DNA of 32,000 nt from Raphidiopsis brookii D9. GTDB taxonomy: Bacteria > Cyanobacteriota > Cyanobacteriia > Cyanobacteriales > Nostocaceae. Position 1 is the first letter of the stretch, and each line of letters begins with the position of its first letter. The stretch spans positions 95,753-127,752 of the forward strand of contig ACYB01000020.1 of the NCBI GenBank assembly GCA_000175855.1, written 5' to 3'. This document shows positions 1 through 9,943 of the stretch, piece after piece. Below the pieces are notes generated by a model. That model ran no database searches. It was given only the letters and a program-made list of their open reading frames with translations, and was not told where the DNA came from. The translations under genes were made by a program, and so were the position numbers.

Positions 1-14
1 ATCTCCATTGAGAA

Positions 15-989
15 ATGTTGCATAATGTAAAGATACCGTTAGCGAAAGAAATCATGCAGACCGTTACACTTGGCGACCGCGGACCTAGCGTTAGTGCTTT
101 AGGGATGGGGACTTGGGCTTGGGGAGATACGCTTTTTTGGGCTTATGGCAAATCCTTTGGAGAGTCGGAGGTAGCAGCAGCATTTCAGGCATCCTTGGCA
201 GCAGGGATTACCTTTTTTGATACGGCGGAGATCTATGGTTTTGGAGAATCAGAACGGCTACTCGGCCAGTTTTGTCAGCAAACCCAGCAGCCGGTTCAAA
301 TTGCGACCAAGTATTTTCCCTTGCCCTGGCGCTGGAATCGAGTCGCGATCGTCGATGCCTTAACAGCCAGTTTAGACCGCCTACGAATGTCGCGAATTTG
401 CCTGTATCAAATCCATTGGCCCTTGGAATTTTTGCTGAAAACCCAAGACTTTATGGAAGTGTTAGCGGCGGAGGTTAAAAAAGGACGCATCCAAGCCGTA
501 GGAGTTAGTAACTATGGGGCGAAACAAATGACCCTCGCCCATGAGTATCTGGCGGCAAAAGGTATTCCCCTAGCGACCAATCAAGTCCCCTATTCCTTAT
601 TGACGAGACAAATTGAGAGCAACGGCATTCTCGACCAAGCTCGTCAATTGGGCGTAACCATTCTCGCCTACAGTCCCTTAGCGCAAGGACTACTCACAGG
701 CAAATATACCCCCGAAACTGCTCCCAGTTTGCAAGGCGCACGCCGTCTTGATCCCCGCTTCAGTCCCCAAGGGCTGAAAAAACTAGCTCCCCTAATTTCT
801 GCCCTCCAACAAATTGGAGAAAAATATGACAAAACCCCGGCCCAGGTATCTTTAAATTGGTTGATTGCCCAGGGAAATGTCATCCCTATTCCTGGGGCGA
901 AGAATGCCAACCAAGCTAAGCAAAATGCGGGAGCTTTGGGATGGTTGTTGAGTCCAGAAGAGGTGGAAAGCCTAGGTACAATTGTTTGA
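15..989 (+). CDS. aldo/keto reductase family oxidoreductase
   Basis: 324-aa ORF with AKR-type blocks LGMGTWAWGD, FFDTAEIYG, LYQIHWP, GVSNY and IPIPGAKN. The true start may be the internal ATG at 54 (MQTVTLGDRG...). Confidence 0.85.
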   Translation: MLHNVKIPLAKEIMQTVTLGDRGPSVSALGMGTWAWGDTLFWAYGKSFGESEVAAAFQASLAAGITFFDTAEIYGFGESERLLGQFCQQTQQPVQIATKYFPLPWRWNRVAIVDALTASLDRLRMSRICLYQIHWPLEFLLKTQDFMEVLAAEVKKGRIQAVGVSNYGAKQMTLAHEYLAAKGIPLATNQVPYSLLTRQIESNGILDQARQLGVTILAYSPLAQGLLTGKYTPETAPSLQGARRLDPRFSPQGLKKLAPLISALQQIGEKYDKTPAQVSLNWLIAQGNVIPIPGAKNANQAKQNAGALGWLLSPEEVESLGTIV

Positions 990-1030
990 TTGTGCATATC
1001 AATCATAAACCTTGAGATAGGTTACACACC

Positions 1031-1922
1031 ATGAGCGAATACCAATACTATGAATTCCAAGCTATCGATCGCCCCCTAACCCCAAGACGAAAGAGCGGCC
1101 ATCAGCCAGCTATCGAGCCGCGTCAAGCCAACGGCGACGAGCGCCAGTTTTACCTACAGTTACGGCGATTTTCATGGCGATCCCAAACAAGTGCTGGCTC
1201 AGTATTTCGATATTATGTACTACATCGCCAACTGGGGGACGCAGCAATTAATGTTTCGTTTTCCCAAATCCCTCATTTCCCAAAAAGCAATTGAACCTTG
1301 CTGTATTGATAATTGTATCAGCTTATCTTTTGTGGGAGATTGGGCAATTTTAGATTGGGAGTTTAGTCAAGAAGAAGGTTTTGATTACTGGATAAAAGGA
1401 GAAGGGATTCTGTCCGAATTGATAGGATTACGCCAAGAAATTCTCCAGCAAGACTATCGAGGATTATATTTAGCCTGGCTTAAAGCTATTGCCTTATCTG
1501 AGGAATATATAGACATCGATAATACCCAACTAGAACCTCCTCTACCCCCGGGGCTAAATCAACTTTCTCCATCTCAAAAAGCTTTTGTAGAAATCTTTGA
1601 TTTGGACGAAAACTTATTAAATGTTGCTTGTGCATCTAGTGGTCAGCCAACAACTATCTCTGAGCAAGTTTGGCAACAAGCTATTACCAAATTATCGGCT
1701 TCTGAATGCCAAGATTTCTTATTGCGATTGTTGAAAGAAGAATCTAATTTATCCGCTAAATTTAAACGAAGGCTATCTCAATTAATCCCTCCTTCTCCTG
1801 CTTCTAACCAGCCTCGACGCACAATCCAAGAACTTCTTGAGGCTAGTTCTGAAGAAGGAAAAAAGGCAGAAAAACGGCAACAAAAAAGAAGCAGAAGCCA
1901 ATTCAGGAAGTCGAGTCCCTAA
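1031..1922 (+). pseudogene. conserved hypothetical protein (MSEYQYYEFQAIDRPLT... type), frameshifted and probably 3'-truncated
   Basis: Two overlapping ORFs (1031-1294 and 1191-1922). The second frame stays open upstream to a stop at 1077-1079 and reads PQDERAAISQLSSRVKPTATSASFTYSYGDFHGDPKQVLAQYF. Removing one C from the C4 run at 1080-1083 joins MSEYQYYEFQAIDRPLT to QDERAAISQ... in a single frame. The Lys/Glu-rich C-terminus stops abruptly at 1922 with no recognisable continuation. Confidence 0.7.
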
Positions 1923-2126
1923 TTCATAAAGGTTCACGGGAAGCTCAACGGGGCGATCGCTCTGTGAAAGCCGAGTCTCGCTGAGAGCGACAATCCCATC
2001 ATTGACCTCAAAACCAAAAGGACTCCCAAAACCACGAAACCCTTCCGTAATCAACAAAACTTTTATCATTTATCTAAGATAATTCCGAATTTTAGTCTAG
2101 CCTGAAATCGGAAGCCTTGAAAACAG

Positions 2127-2200
2127 GGCGAACGATGGGACTTGAACCCACGAGTGGTGGAACCACAATCCACTGCCTTAACCACTTGGCTACGCTCGCC
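2127..2200 (-). tRNA. tRNA-His (anticodon GUG) with genomically encoded G-1
   Basis: The reverse complement folds as a cloverleaf. It has G-1 plus acceptor GCGAGCG/CGTTCGC (one G-U) and a D arm GCC/GGC. The anticodon stem is GTGGA/TCCAC with loop TTGTGGT (anticodon GTG = complement of 2164-2166). The T arm is GTGGG/CCCAT with loop TTCAAGT, and the discriminator is C. The extra 5' G pairing with C73 is the tRNA-His hallmark. CCA is not encoded. Confidence 0.9.
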
Positions 2201-2304
2201 ACTAACTCTTCTAAATTAACACGACCAGATGAAAAAGATCAAGTTCCTTAGTAAAAATTCATCTTTTTTGTTAAATTAATCGGAAAGTACCTATTTTCCT
2301 TGAT

Positions 2305-2685
2305 ATGAAACTCTCTGTGATCATCACATCTCTAAGTGTACTGGCAATAGCCGGTTTGGGAGTAACTATGGCCCATAGCAATCCTAGGGAAGTAACTTAT
2401 CAGGAATACGCAGTGAAAAAAATAACTACTGTCCTCAAGACTGATGGTTGTCAGAAAGTGCCGATTTTCTTGCGCAACCTGGTTAAGTTTGACTGTAACC
2501 AGCTGGTTGATTCCGCTAAGTCACAGATTAGGGATGTGGTGGTTTCTACTACAAAAAGACAAAACTATGTTTTGATGAGTATATATATCACCAACTTAAA
2601 AATTCATGACTCCCTACCAGGTTACACTTTTGAGACCCTAGGGGCCTTCAATAGTTTTTACACTTACAGAGTAAAACAGGAGTAG
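2305..2685 (+). CDS. small hypothetical protein with N-terminal signal/anchor (DUF4359-like by memory)
   Basis: 126-aa ORF with an N-terminal hydrophobic segment LSVIITSLSVLAIAGLGV. It has no catalytic motifs. It resembles small conserved cyanobacterial proteins, but the family assignment is unverified. Confidence 0.5.
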   Translation: MKLSVIITSLSVLAIAGLGVTMAHSNPREVTYQEYAVKKITTVLKTDGCQKVPIFLRNLVKFDCNQLVDSAKSQIRDVVVSTTKRQNYVLMSIYITNLKIHDSLPGYTFETLGAFNSFYTYRVKQE

Positions 2686-2696
2686 GAAGAAATAAT

Positions 2697-2885
2697 TTAT
2701 ACATTTACGGTGATGCTCTCAATTTGTTTAGCCGCTTTTTCCCATTGTTTAGCAGTATCTTCATCTTGCCAGTGAGTGCGGAGGTTTTCCGCTTTTTTAT
2801 GGCAAATTCGTTCTAAGATCTCTAAAACTGCCGCCAGTGTGAGTTCATCAACCAAATGTTCTATAGCGTGGGTTGGTTCATTCAT
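2697..2885 (-). CDS. small helical hypothetical protein (62 aa)
   Basis: Non-overlapping ORF lying between convergent and divergent neighbours. Its composition is charged and helical, and it has no recognisable motif. Confidence 0.4.
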   Translation of the reverse strand: MNEPTHAIEHLVDELTLAAVLEILERICHKKAENLRTHWQDEDTAKQWEKAAKQIESITVNV

Positions 2886-2922
2886 AAAAACCTCTTGTAA
2901 AGTATAAAATCTATAAGATCTA

Positions 2923-3654
2923 ATGTCATCTGCTTACCTTTTAGTATCCCACGGTAGTAAGGACTCTCGACCAAACTTAGCCACAGAAGAACTGGCAAGG
3001 TTATTGTTTGAGAAACTAACCGCTGGAGAAGATCCAGAAAAGCACCTAGTAGGTGTAGGCACTTTAGAATTCAATAGTCAGCCATTAAGTGGACAAATAA
3101 AGGACTTTGCCCAAAGGGCTGTGGTTTGTGATTGCAAGTCTATTAAAGTCATACCTTTGTTTCTCTTACCGGGAGTCCACCTGATGTCAGATCTTCCCAT
3201 GGAGGTGAAACTGGCTCAAGATTCTCTGGGGAATGACCGCCCCATTAAAATTAAACCATATTTAGGTAGTCATGCCATGATGGGGAAATTATTGGCTCTG
3301 GGAATGGCTCAAATATCAGCAGAAGCATTCATTCTTTTAGCCCATGGTAGTAGGCGTGCAAATTCTCATCACCCCGTAGAAACGATTGCCAACCAGTTAG
3401 GTGCATTTAGTGCCTACTGGTCAGTTCCCCCCAGCTTGGAAGCTAGAGTCATAGACCTGGTGAGTGCTGGTTATCAACATGTTGGCATCTTACCATACTT
3501 TCTCTTTTCCGGAGGGATTACGGATGAGATTGCCATTATGGTGGAAAGGTTAACATTAAAATTTCCAGAAATCAAGTTAGAGTTGGCCTCACCTTTGGGA
3601 GTAACTTCCCAATTAGTTGATATAATCTGGGACTTAGCAACACAAGAGGAATAA
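2923..3654 (+). CDS. cbiX: sirohydrochlorin chelatase, CbiX/SirB type (two half-domains)
   Basis: The CbiX signature is duplicated: LLVSHGSKDSRP near the N-terminus and ILLAHGSRRANSHHP in the second half, together with PLFLLPGVH and PYFLFSGG blocks. The gene sits directly upstream of cobA. Confidence 0.85.
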   Translation: MSSAYLLVSHGSKDSRPNLATEELARLLFEKLTAGEDPEKHLVGVGTLEFNSQPLSGQIKDFAQRAVVCDCKSIKVIPLFLLPGVHLMSDLPMEVKLAQDSLGNDRPIKIKPYLGSHAMMGKLLALGMAQISAEAFILLAHGSRRANSHHPVETIANQLGAFSAYWSVPPSLEARVIDLVSAGYQHVGILPYFLFSGGITDEIAIMVERLTLKFPEIKLELASPLGVTSQLVDIIWDLATQEE

Positions 3655-3658
3655 ATTT

Positions 3659-4411
3659 TTGGGTAAGGTGTATTTAGTTGGTGCTGGACCTGGTGATCCA
3701 GGACTGATGACTCTCAAGGGTAAGGGTTTATTAGAACGTGCTAACGTGGTTGTCTATGATGCGTTAGTTAGTCCACAGGTTTTGGACATGATTAGTCCCC
3801 ACGCGGAAAAAATAGATGCTGGTAAGCGAATGGGAAGACATTCACTCTTACAAGAGGAAACTACTCAACTACTGATAGAAAAAGCCCAAGAACATGAAAT
3901 TGTCGTGCGATTGAAGGGAGGCGACCCTTTTATTTTTGGGCGTGGTGGCGAGGAAATGGCTGAGTTGATAGCTGGGGGAATTAGCGTAGAAGTTGTTCCA
4001 GGGATTACCGCTGGTATTGCAGCACCAGCTTATGCTGGCATTCCCTTGACCCATCGTCTTTATAGTTCTTCTGTGACATTTGTTACTGGACATGAAGCCA
4101 TGGGTAAGTACAGACCAGCGGTCAATTGGCAAGCAATTGCCCAAAGTTCGGAAACTATTGTAATTTATATGGGTATACACAATCTTCCCTATATCCTGGA
4201 ACAGTTGATGGGGGTAGGAATGAGTTCACAAACTCCTATTGCTTTAGTTCGCTGGGGAACTCGTCCGGAACAGGAGGAATTAATCGGTGAGTTGGGAACT
4301 ATTATTCAACAAGTGGCAAAAACGGGATTTAGCGCTCCAGCTATAGCTGTTATTGGCTCAGTAGTAAAAATGCACGGTGTTTTATCCGTTCTCCAGGGAG
4401 TTTTAAATTGA
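3659..4411 (+). CDS. cobA: uroporphyrinogen-III C-methyltransferase (SUMT)
   Basis: Tetrapyrrole-methylase motifs VYLVGAGPGDPGLMTLKG, VVRLKGGDPFIFGRGGEE and VPGITAG. The start is either TTG 3659 or GTG 3668. Confidence 0.9.
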   Translation: MGKVYLVGAGPGDPGLMTLKGKGLLERANVVVYDALVSPQVLDMISPHAEKIDAGKRMGRHSLLQEETTQLLIEKAQEHEIVVRLKGGDPFIFGRGGEEMAELIAGGISVEVVPGITAGIAAPAYAGIPLTHRLYSSSVTFVTGHEAMGKYRPAVNWQAIAQSSETIVIYMGIHNLPYILEQLMGVGMSSQTPIALVRWGTRPEQEELIGELGTIIQQVAKTGFSAPAIAVIGSVVKMHGVLSVLQGVLN

Positions 4412-4448
4412 CCGGGTTCTAGAAGGACTAAAAACTTGCAAACAGCTA

Positions 4449-5420
4449 TTGGTAGAGTTATTGGCAATTTTCACTAAATATACTAAATTATTGTGGATTG
4501 TGGTTAAAATTCATCTTTCTATTACCCAAAAAACCCAACGATTAGACCGTTATTTGTCATCTGTAATACCAGACCTATCTCGTTCTCGAATCCAAGACCT
4601 AATTGAACAAGGTTATGTTCAGGTAAATGGAAAAGTCTGTTACTCCAAGAACATTACCTTGGATGGGGGAGAGTATCTGGAAGTAGAAGTTCCCCCAGTA
4701 CAAGCTGCTCAACTAGTAGCACAAGATATTCCCCTAGATATTCTCTACGAAGATGAACAATTACTAATTCTCAATAAACCCGCAGGTTTAGTGGTTCATC
4801 CAGCACCTGGTCATTTAGAAGGTACGTTGGTTCATGCTCTGTTGGCTCACTGTCCCAATTTACCAGGAATTGGAGGTGTGCAGCGTCCAGGTATTGTACA
4901 TAGGCTTGACAAAGATACCACAGGGGCAATTGCCATTGCAAAAACAGACATTGCTTACAAACAATTACAATTACAATTACAATCTAAGACGGCAAGAAGG
5001 GAATATTTAGGAGTAGTTTATGGTGCGCCTAAAAGTGAAAGTGGGACAATGGACCTACCCATTGGTCGTCACCCTCAGCAGCGGAAAAAAATGGCCATAG
5101 TTCCAGTAGAGCAGGGAGGTAGAAATGCAATTACTAACTGGTACATTAAAGAAAGATTAGGTAATTATACACTAATTCATTTTCAACTAGAAACTGGGCG
5201 TACCCATCAAATTAGAGTGCATAGTGCCAAAATGGGTCATCCTATAGTCGGGGATCCGGTATATAGTTCTGGTCGTTCCGTGGGGGTAAACTTGCCAGGA
5301 CAAGCGTTGCATGCTTGGCAACTGAAACTACAACATCCCACTTCTGGAAAATGGGTAGAAGTGACCGCTCCACTTCCTGATAGCTTGACAAAATTAATCG
5401 AGGTTTTACGTCGACGCTGA
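4449..5420 (+). CDS. rluD: RluA/RluD-family 23S rRNA pseudouridine synthase
   Basis: S4-like N-terminus (RLDRYLS...SRSRIQDLIEQGYVQVNG), the catalytic block HRLDKDTTG, and GRTHQIRVH. The start is uncertain: TTG 4449 in the track, with GTG 4500 equally plausible. Confidence 0.88.
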   Translation: MVELLAIFTKYTKLLWIVVKIHLSITQKTQRLDRYLSSVIPDLSRSRIQDLIEQGYVQVNGKVCYSKNITLDGGEYLEVEVPPVQAAQLVAQDIPLDILYEDEQLLILNKPAGLVVHPAPGHLEGTLVHALLAHCPNLPGIGGVQRPGIVHRLDKDTTGAIAIAKTDIAYKQLQLQLQSKTARREYLGVVYGAPKSESGTMDLPIGRHPQQRKKMAIVPVEQGGRNAITNWYIKERLGNYTLIHFQLETGRTHQIRVHSAKMGHPIVGDPVYSSGRSVGVNLPGQALHAWQLKLQHPTSGKWVEVTAPLPDSLTKLIEVLRRR

Positions 5421-5589
5421 AAGATTGGCTAAAGATGAAGGAATATGGCGAAATATCTCGAAATGTAAAATTTATAATGTCTAGTTCACATTAGTTAATA
5501 ATGATCACCCTATCCAGGCAAGCCAGGAACATCAATCCAGTTCAGTCTTGGTAGATTTTTGCAGAATTCTTAAATTATTATGAAGAGGA

Positions 5590-5624
5590 CAGAGTTTGTC
5601 AAACTCTGGAAACTTCATGAAGTT
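5590..5624. promoter_or_regulatory. two adjacent perfect palindromes upstream of the cpc operon (candidate operator)
   Basis: CAGAGTTTG-T-CAAACTCTG (5590-5608) is followed 2 nt later by AACTTCATGAAGTT (5611-5624). They lie about 370-400 nt upstream of the cpcB ATG, inside the 575-bp rluD-cpcB spacer. The sequence observation is certain; the regulatory role is inferred. Confidence 0.3.
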
Positions 5625-5995
5625 GTGTAACAAACTCGAGAAACTTTTAGGGTATCTAAGACTTGTAGATAAAGGATTTCAGAGGTTTTCTCTCTCCTGA
5701 CTCATTTTATTCATAAATTGTAACAAATAAAGTATCTATGGCATTGTATAAACTAATCAGAAAGGGGTTCAAAACCAGAGCAAAGTTAAATAAGACAACC
5801 AATCGGGTTGAGTTAGCTGGCTTCTCATAAAATTCCCTGTGGTTCTCAGAATTTCAGTCTAGAGCTAGATGAAACACCAAGACACAGGAGATAGAGAGTA
5901 AGGTTAGCACTAATGAGCTTAAAGTTTTTGATCATTCATCCCCGGTTGTTCTGATCAGCCCATCTCTCAACTAAGTAATTAGGAGATTAGAGTCC

Positions 5996-6517
5996 ATGAC
6001 ATTAGATGTATTTTCCAAGGTTGTTTCCCAAGCTGACGCCAGAGGCGAATTTTTGAGCACTGAACAGTTAGACGCTTTGACAGCAGTTGTAGCTTCCGGC
6101 AGCAAACGTCTAGACACTGTTAACCGTATTACAAGCAATGCTTCTGCTATCGTTACCGATGCTGCTCGTGCACTGTTTGAAGAACAGCCCCAACTAATTG
6201 CTCCTGGTGGTAATGCTTACACCAACCGTCGCATGGCTGCTTGTCTGCGAGATATGGAAATCATCTTACGCTATGTTACCTACGCTGCATTAGCTGGTGA
6301 CGCTAGTGTTCTCGATGACCGTTGCTTGAATGGCTTACGCGAAACCTATATAGCTTTGGGTACTCCTGGTGCATCCGTAGCTGTTGGTGTTGGCAAAATG
6401 AAAGAAGCTGCAATCAAGATAGTTAACGATCCCAATGGTATTACCAAGGGTGATTGCAGTCAGATAGTTTCTGAATTGGCTGGCTACTTTGATCGTGCAG
6501 CAGCAGCTGTTGCATAG
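5996..6517 (+). CDS. cpcB: C-phycocyanin beta subunit
   Basis: [21 protein letters not shown]..., the chromophore Cys in [10 protein letters not shown], and the second Cys in KGDCSQ. It is 173 aa and is preceded by a TAGGAG RBS. Confidence 0.97.
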   Translation: MTLDVFSKVVSQADARGEFLSTEQLDALTAVVASGSKRLDTVNRITSNASAIVTDAARALFEEQPQLIAPGGNAYTNRRMAACLRDMEIILRYVTYAALAGDASVLDDRCLNGLRETYIALGTPGASVAVGVGKMKEAAIKIVNDPNGITKGDCSQIVSELAGYFDRAAAAVA

Positions 6518-6630
6518 TCCATTACCTATTCAGTCAACTAGTCAACTACAAGTAGTTCAGAAGCTAGAAATCCTAGTTCTGCTTTATTACTCCCAATAAG
6601 ATACGAAACCAATCAAGGAGAAAATTAACC

Positions 6631-7119
6631 ATGAAAACCCCCATTACCGAAGCTATTGCAGCTGCTGATACCCAAGGACGCTTTTTGAGCAATACTGAAT
6701 TACAAGCAGTTAACGGTCGTTTTGTACGTGCTGCTGCCAGCATGGAAGCCGCCCGTGGTTTAACAGCTAATGCTCAAAAATTAATTGATGGTGCTACTAA
6801 CGCCGTATACCAAAAGTTCCCCTACACCACTTCCACCCCCGGCGCTCAGTATGCTGCTGATGCTCGTGGTAAATCCAAGTGCGCTCGTGACGTTGGTCAC
6901 TACCTCCGCATTGTTACTTATAGCTTAGTTGCTGGTGGCACAGGTCCCTTGGATGAGTTCCTGATTGCTGGTTTGGCTGAAATTAACGGTGCTTTTAACC
7001 TATCTCCCAGCTGGTATGTGGAAGCTTTAAAATATATCAAAGCTAACCATGGATTGGGTGGTCAAGCTGCTAATGAAGCTAATACCTACATTGACTACGC
7101 TATCAACGCTCTAAGCTAG
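6631..7119 (+). CDS. cpcA: C-phycocyanin alpha subunit
   Basis: [21 protein letters not shown]..., the chromophore site KCARD, and a C-terminal [10 protein letters not shown]. It is 162 aa with an AAGGAG RBS upstream. Confidence 0.97.
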   Translation: MKTPITEAIAAADTQGRFLSNTELQAVNGRFVRAAASMEAARGLTANAQKLIDGATNAVYQKFPYTTSTPGAQYAADARGKSKCARDVGHYLRIVTYSLVAGGTGPLDEFLIAGLAEINGAFNLSPSWYVEALKYIKANHGLGGQAANEANTYIDYAINALS

Positions 7120-7289
7120 ATAGATCCTTGCCCGGAGAGGGGTACAAGTGCTGGATGAGAAGATCCCTTTGGGGTTTATTCAGTTGTGCGTAGGGAAGTG
7201 AGATTCCTGCGGGTAGACTGAATCACCTAGCAGTTGAATCTCGCTCCGGGCATAGCTTTATGTGTAGATGTGTAACCAAGGGGAAAACA

Positions 7290-8150
7290 ATGGCAATTAC
7301 AACAGCAGCGTCTAGACTGGGAACAGAACCATTTAGTGAAGCGCGTCGGGTTGAGCTGCGCCCCAGTGCCAGTCGCGAAGAGGTGGAATTGGTTATTAGA
7401 ACGGCCTATCGGCAAGTATTAGGCAATGACTATATACTGGCATCAGATAGACTTGTCAGTGCGGAGTCGCTTTTGCGTGATGGCAATTTGACCGTTCGTG
7501 AGTTTGTAAGAGCGATCGCTAAATCTGAACTTTACAAAGTCAAGTTCTTCTATAACAGTTTTCAGACCAGACTGATAGAGCTGAACTATAAACATCTGTT
7601 GGGTAGAGCTCCATTGGATGAGTCAGAAGTGGTATACCACTTAGACTTGTATAACAACAAGGGATACGATGCAGAAATCGACTCTTACATAGATTCAGTG
7701 GAGTATCAAAACAACTTTGGAGAAAATATAGTTCCCTACTATAGGGGGTTTGACTTTCAACCAGGGCAAACCAGTGTGGGATTTACACGGATGTTTCGAT
7801 TATACCGTGGATATGCCAACAGCGACACAGCCCAGGTAGAGGGGAGCAAATCCAGATTAGCCAGGGAACTTGCTGGTAAGAAAGCATCTTCCATAGTTGG
7901 TCCATCAGGGAGTAATGACAACTGGTCATTCCGTCCATCAGCAGACAATGCTCCCAAACAGAATTTGGGTAATGCTGTGGGCCAATCTGATCGCGTTTAC
8001 CGAATTGAAGTAGCAGGCATTCGCAGTCCAGGATACCCCAGCGTGCGCCGCAGCAGCACAGCCTTTATAGTACCTTACGAGCGTCTTTCTGACAAGATCC
8101 AGCAAATTCACAAACAAGGTGGAAAAATTGTCAGTATTACAGCCACGTAA
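7290..8150 (+). CDS. cpcC: phycocyanin-associated rod linker (PBS-linker domain plus C-terminal CpcD-like domain)
   Basis: Starts [15 protein letters not shown] at ATG 7290 (the track ORF begins 30 nt earlier). It has a linker domain (YRQVLGNDY...NYKHLLGR...VPYYRGF) and a C-terminal RVYRIEVAG...GGKIVSI CpcD-type domain. Confidence 0.93.
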   Translation: MAITTAASRLGTEPFSEARRVELRPSASREEVELVIRTAYRQVLGNDYILASDRLVSAESLLRDGNLTVREFVRAIAKSELYKVKFFYNSFQTRLIELNYKHLLGRAPLDESEVVYHLDLYNNKGYDAEIDSYIDSVEYQNNFGENIVPYYRGFDFQPGQTSVGFTRMFRLYRGYANSDTAQVEGSKSRLARELAGKKASSIVGPSGSNDNWSFRPSADNAPKQNLGNAVGQSDRVYRIEVAGIRSPGYPSVRRSSTAFIVPYERLSDKIQQIHKQGGKIVSITAT

Positions 8151-8193
8151 GATAAGTAGTTGATATTACCCATCAAGAGGAGATAGAGAGGTA

Positions 8194-8436
8194 ATGTTTG
8201 GTCAGACAACACTAGGTGCTAGTAGCGTTTCTTCATCTGCAAGTCGTGTATTTCGTTACGAAGTTGTAGGGTTGAAACAAAACCAAGAAACGGACAAGAA
8301 CAAATTCAGTATCAGACGCAGTGGTAGTGTGTTTATTACCGTGCCCTACAGTCGGATGACAGAGGAAATGCAGCGGATCAACCGACTGGGTGGCAAAATC
8401 GTCAAAATTGAAGCCCTGACAGCAGCAGAATCCTAA
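8194..8436 (+). CDS. cpcD: small rod-capping linker (L-R 8.9 type)
   Basis: 80 aa with the CpcD domain RVFRYEVVGL...ITVPYSRM...GGKIVKI. It occupies the canonical position after cpcC. Confidence 0.93.
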   Translation: MFGQTTLGASSVSSSASRVFRYEVVGLKQNQETDKNKFSIRRSGSVFITVPYSRMTEEMQRINRLGGKIVKIEALTAAES

Positions 8437-8446
8437 AGTCCTGGTG

Positions 8447-9271
8447 ATGATAGAACCCAGTATATCCGAAGTATCTCCGGAAAGTGGGGCACAGTTGACA
8501 CCAGATCAAGCCATAGCTAATCTGCAATCATCGGATTTAAGTCTCCGCTATTATGCCGCCTGGTGGTTGGGTAAGTTCCGTATTAATCGGACAGAAGCTG
8601 TAGAGGCGCTAATCGAAGCCTTAACAGATGAAGCTGATAGAACGGAGTTGGGGGGGTATCCACTCCGACGCAATGCAGCCAGATCCCTAGGCAAATTAGG
8701 GAGTTCCCAGGCCATAGAGGGATTGATTAGTTCCTTAAACTGTGAAGACTTTTATGTGCGAGAAGCAGCAGCTGAGTCCTTAGCCATGCTTAACGCCAAA
8801 ACCGCAGTACCAGAACTGATAAAAATGCTAGATGGGGGTTTGGCCCAAGCTGTGCAAGTGCCAGGTCGTCCCCATCTAGTTCAACCTTATGAAGCAGTAT
8901 TAGAGGCTTTAGGTTCTCTTGGTGCGACTGAGGCCATTAGTCTAGTTGAACCCTTTTTAGAGCATTCCGTTCCCCGGGTAAAATGTGCCGCTGCTAGGGC
9001 CATGTATCAACTCACCCAAGATTCCCAATATGGGGAATACCTGGTGGAAATGCTAGGAAGCAGCGACCTGAAATTGCAAAGGGTGATTTTGGGTGATTTG
9101 GGGGCAATTGGCTATATGGGTGCTGCAGAGGCAATTTTCCAAGCCAAGGCGGAAAATAGCTTTAAACTCATGGCATTGAAGGGATTGTTGGAACATCATT
9201 TAAAAGATGTGTCACAAAGTATTTCTGAGTCAGCAATTCTAGTCATGAATCTTATGGACTCGCTTTTATAA
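8447..9271 (+). CDS. cpcE: phycocyanobilin lyase subunit CpcE (HEAT repeats)
   Basis: HEAT-repeat protein (LRYYAAWWLGK, RRNAARSLGKLG, VREAAAESL) in the canonical position. The start is ATG 8447, or GTG 8444. Its stop overlaps the cpcF ATG (TAATG). Confidence 0.9.
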   Translation: MIEPSISEVSPESGAQLTPDQAIANLQSSDLSLRYYAAWWLGKFRINRTEAVEALIEALTDEADRTELGGYPLRRNAARSLGKLGSSQAIEGLISSLNCEDFYVREAAAESLAMLNAKTAVPELIKMLDGGLAQAVQVPGRPHLVQPYEAVLEALGSLGATEAISLVEPFLEHSVPRVKCAAARAMYQLTQDSQYGEYLVEMLGSSDLKLQRVILGDLGAIGYMGAAEAIFQAKAENSFKLMALKGLLEHHLKDVSQSISESAILVMNLMDSLL

Positions 9272-9921
9272 TGACCCAGGAATTAATTGGTGAATTGGGT
9301 GGGATGGGTCAATTAAATCAGTTAATTGACGCAGTTAATCAGGCTCAAACGCCACTTGAAATGGTAACAGCAGTCAAAAACCTAGCTGCTGCCAAAAGTC
9401 CCGCTGCTATTGCCACCCTAATTGCCGTCTTTGGCTATAATAACCCACCAGCAGCAGGACTAGCCCTAGCCGCACTTACCGACTTAGGAACAGTAGCAGT
9501 TCCCAGCCTGCTCGCACAAATAGATGATTATAACTATGGCGCACGGGCTTATTCGATTCGCACTCTAGCAGCGATCGCAGATCCCCGTGCTTTAGACGTA
9601 TTGATCACTGCTGGGGTGACAGATTTTGCACCCAGTGTACGTCGTGCTGCGGCTAAAGGGCTAGGAAACTTAAACTGGTCCCAATTGGGGGATAATGAAC
9701 GTGATTTAGGTATAGAACGAGCTTTGGAGGCACTATTGTTAATTTACCAGGATACAGACTGGTCAATTCGGTATGCAGCCATTGTAGGACTGGAATACCT
9801 AGGAAAAACCAGGAGGGAGACAGTTTTGAACAAATTCCGAGAAATGATAGCTAATGAGGAAGAAAAAAGCATCAGGATCCGGATTCAATTGGCGACCAGT
9901 AAGGTAACTAGAGATAATTAA
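9271..9921 (+). CDS. cpcF: phycocyanobilin lyase subunit CpcF (HEAT repeats)
   Basis: HEAT-repeat protein (VRRAAAKGLGNL, IRYAAIVGLEYLG). It is translationally coupled to cpcE and sits in the canonical operon position. Confidence 0.88.
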   Translation: MTQELIGELGGMGQLNQLIDAVNQAQTPLEMVTAVKNLAAAKSPAAIATLIAVFGYNNPPAAGLALAALTDLGTVAVPSLLAQIDDYNYGARAYSIRTLAAIADPRALDVLITAGVTDFAPSVRRAAAKGLGNLNWSQLGDNERDLGIERALEALLLIYQDTDWSIRYAAIVGLEYLGKTRRETVLNKFREMIANEEEKSIRIRIQLATSKVTRDN

Positions 9922-9943
9922 GGACGATTAAAAAGGTAAAAAG

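Noticed and set aside
1782-2069. 95-aa minus-strand ORF (MIKVLLITEGFRGFGSPFGFEVNDGIVAL...) between the truncated gene and tRNA-His.
   Set aside because: Its 3' half is antisense to the Lys/Glu-rich end of the 1191-1922 ORF and looks like a mirror artefact. I could not place the first 49 codons in any family. It is treated as part of a possible scar rather than a gene.
4961-4984. Hexanucleotide repeat (ACAATT)x4 inside rluD.
   Set aside because: It is in frame, encodes QLQLQLQ in a surface linker region, and is only about 4 units long. It is likely neutral micro-repeat variation of no special significance.
7120-7289. Imperfect extended stem-loops in the cpcA-cpcC spacer: TGCCCGGAG...CTCCGGGCA, and TTCAGT...ACTGAA around 7178-7232.
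   Set aside because: A structured spacer after cpcA is the expected arrangement for differential cpcBA versus full-operon transcript abundance. The pairing is imperfect and I cannot define it precisely by eye.
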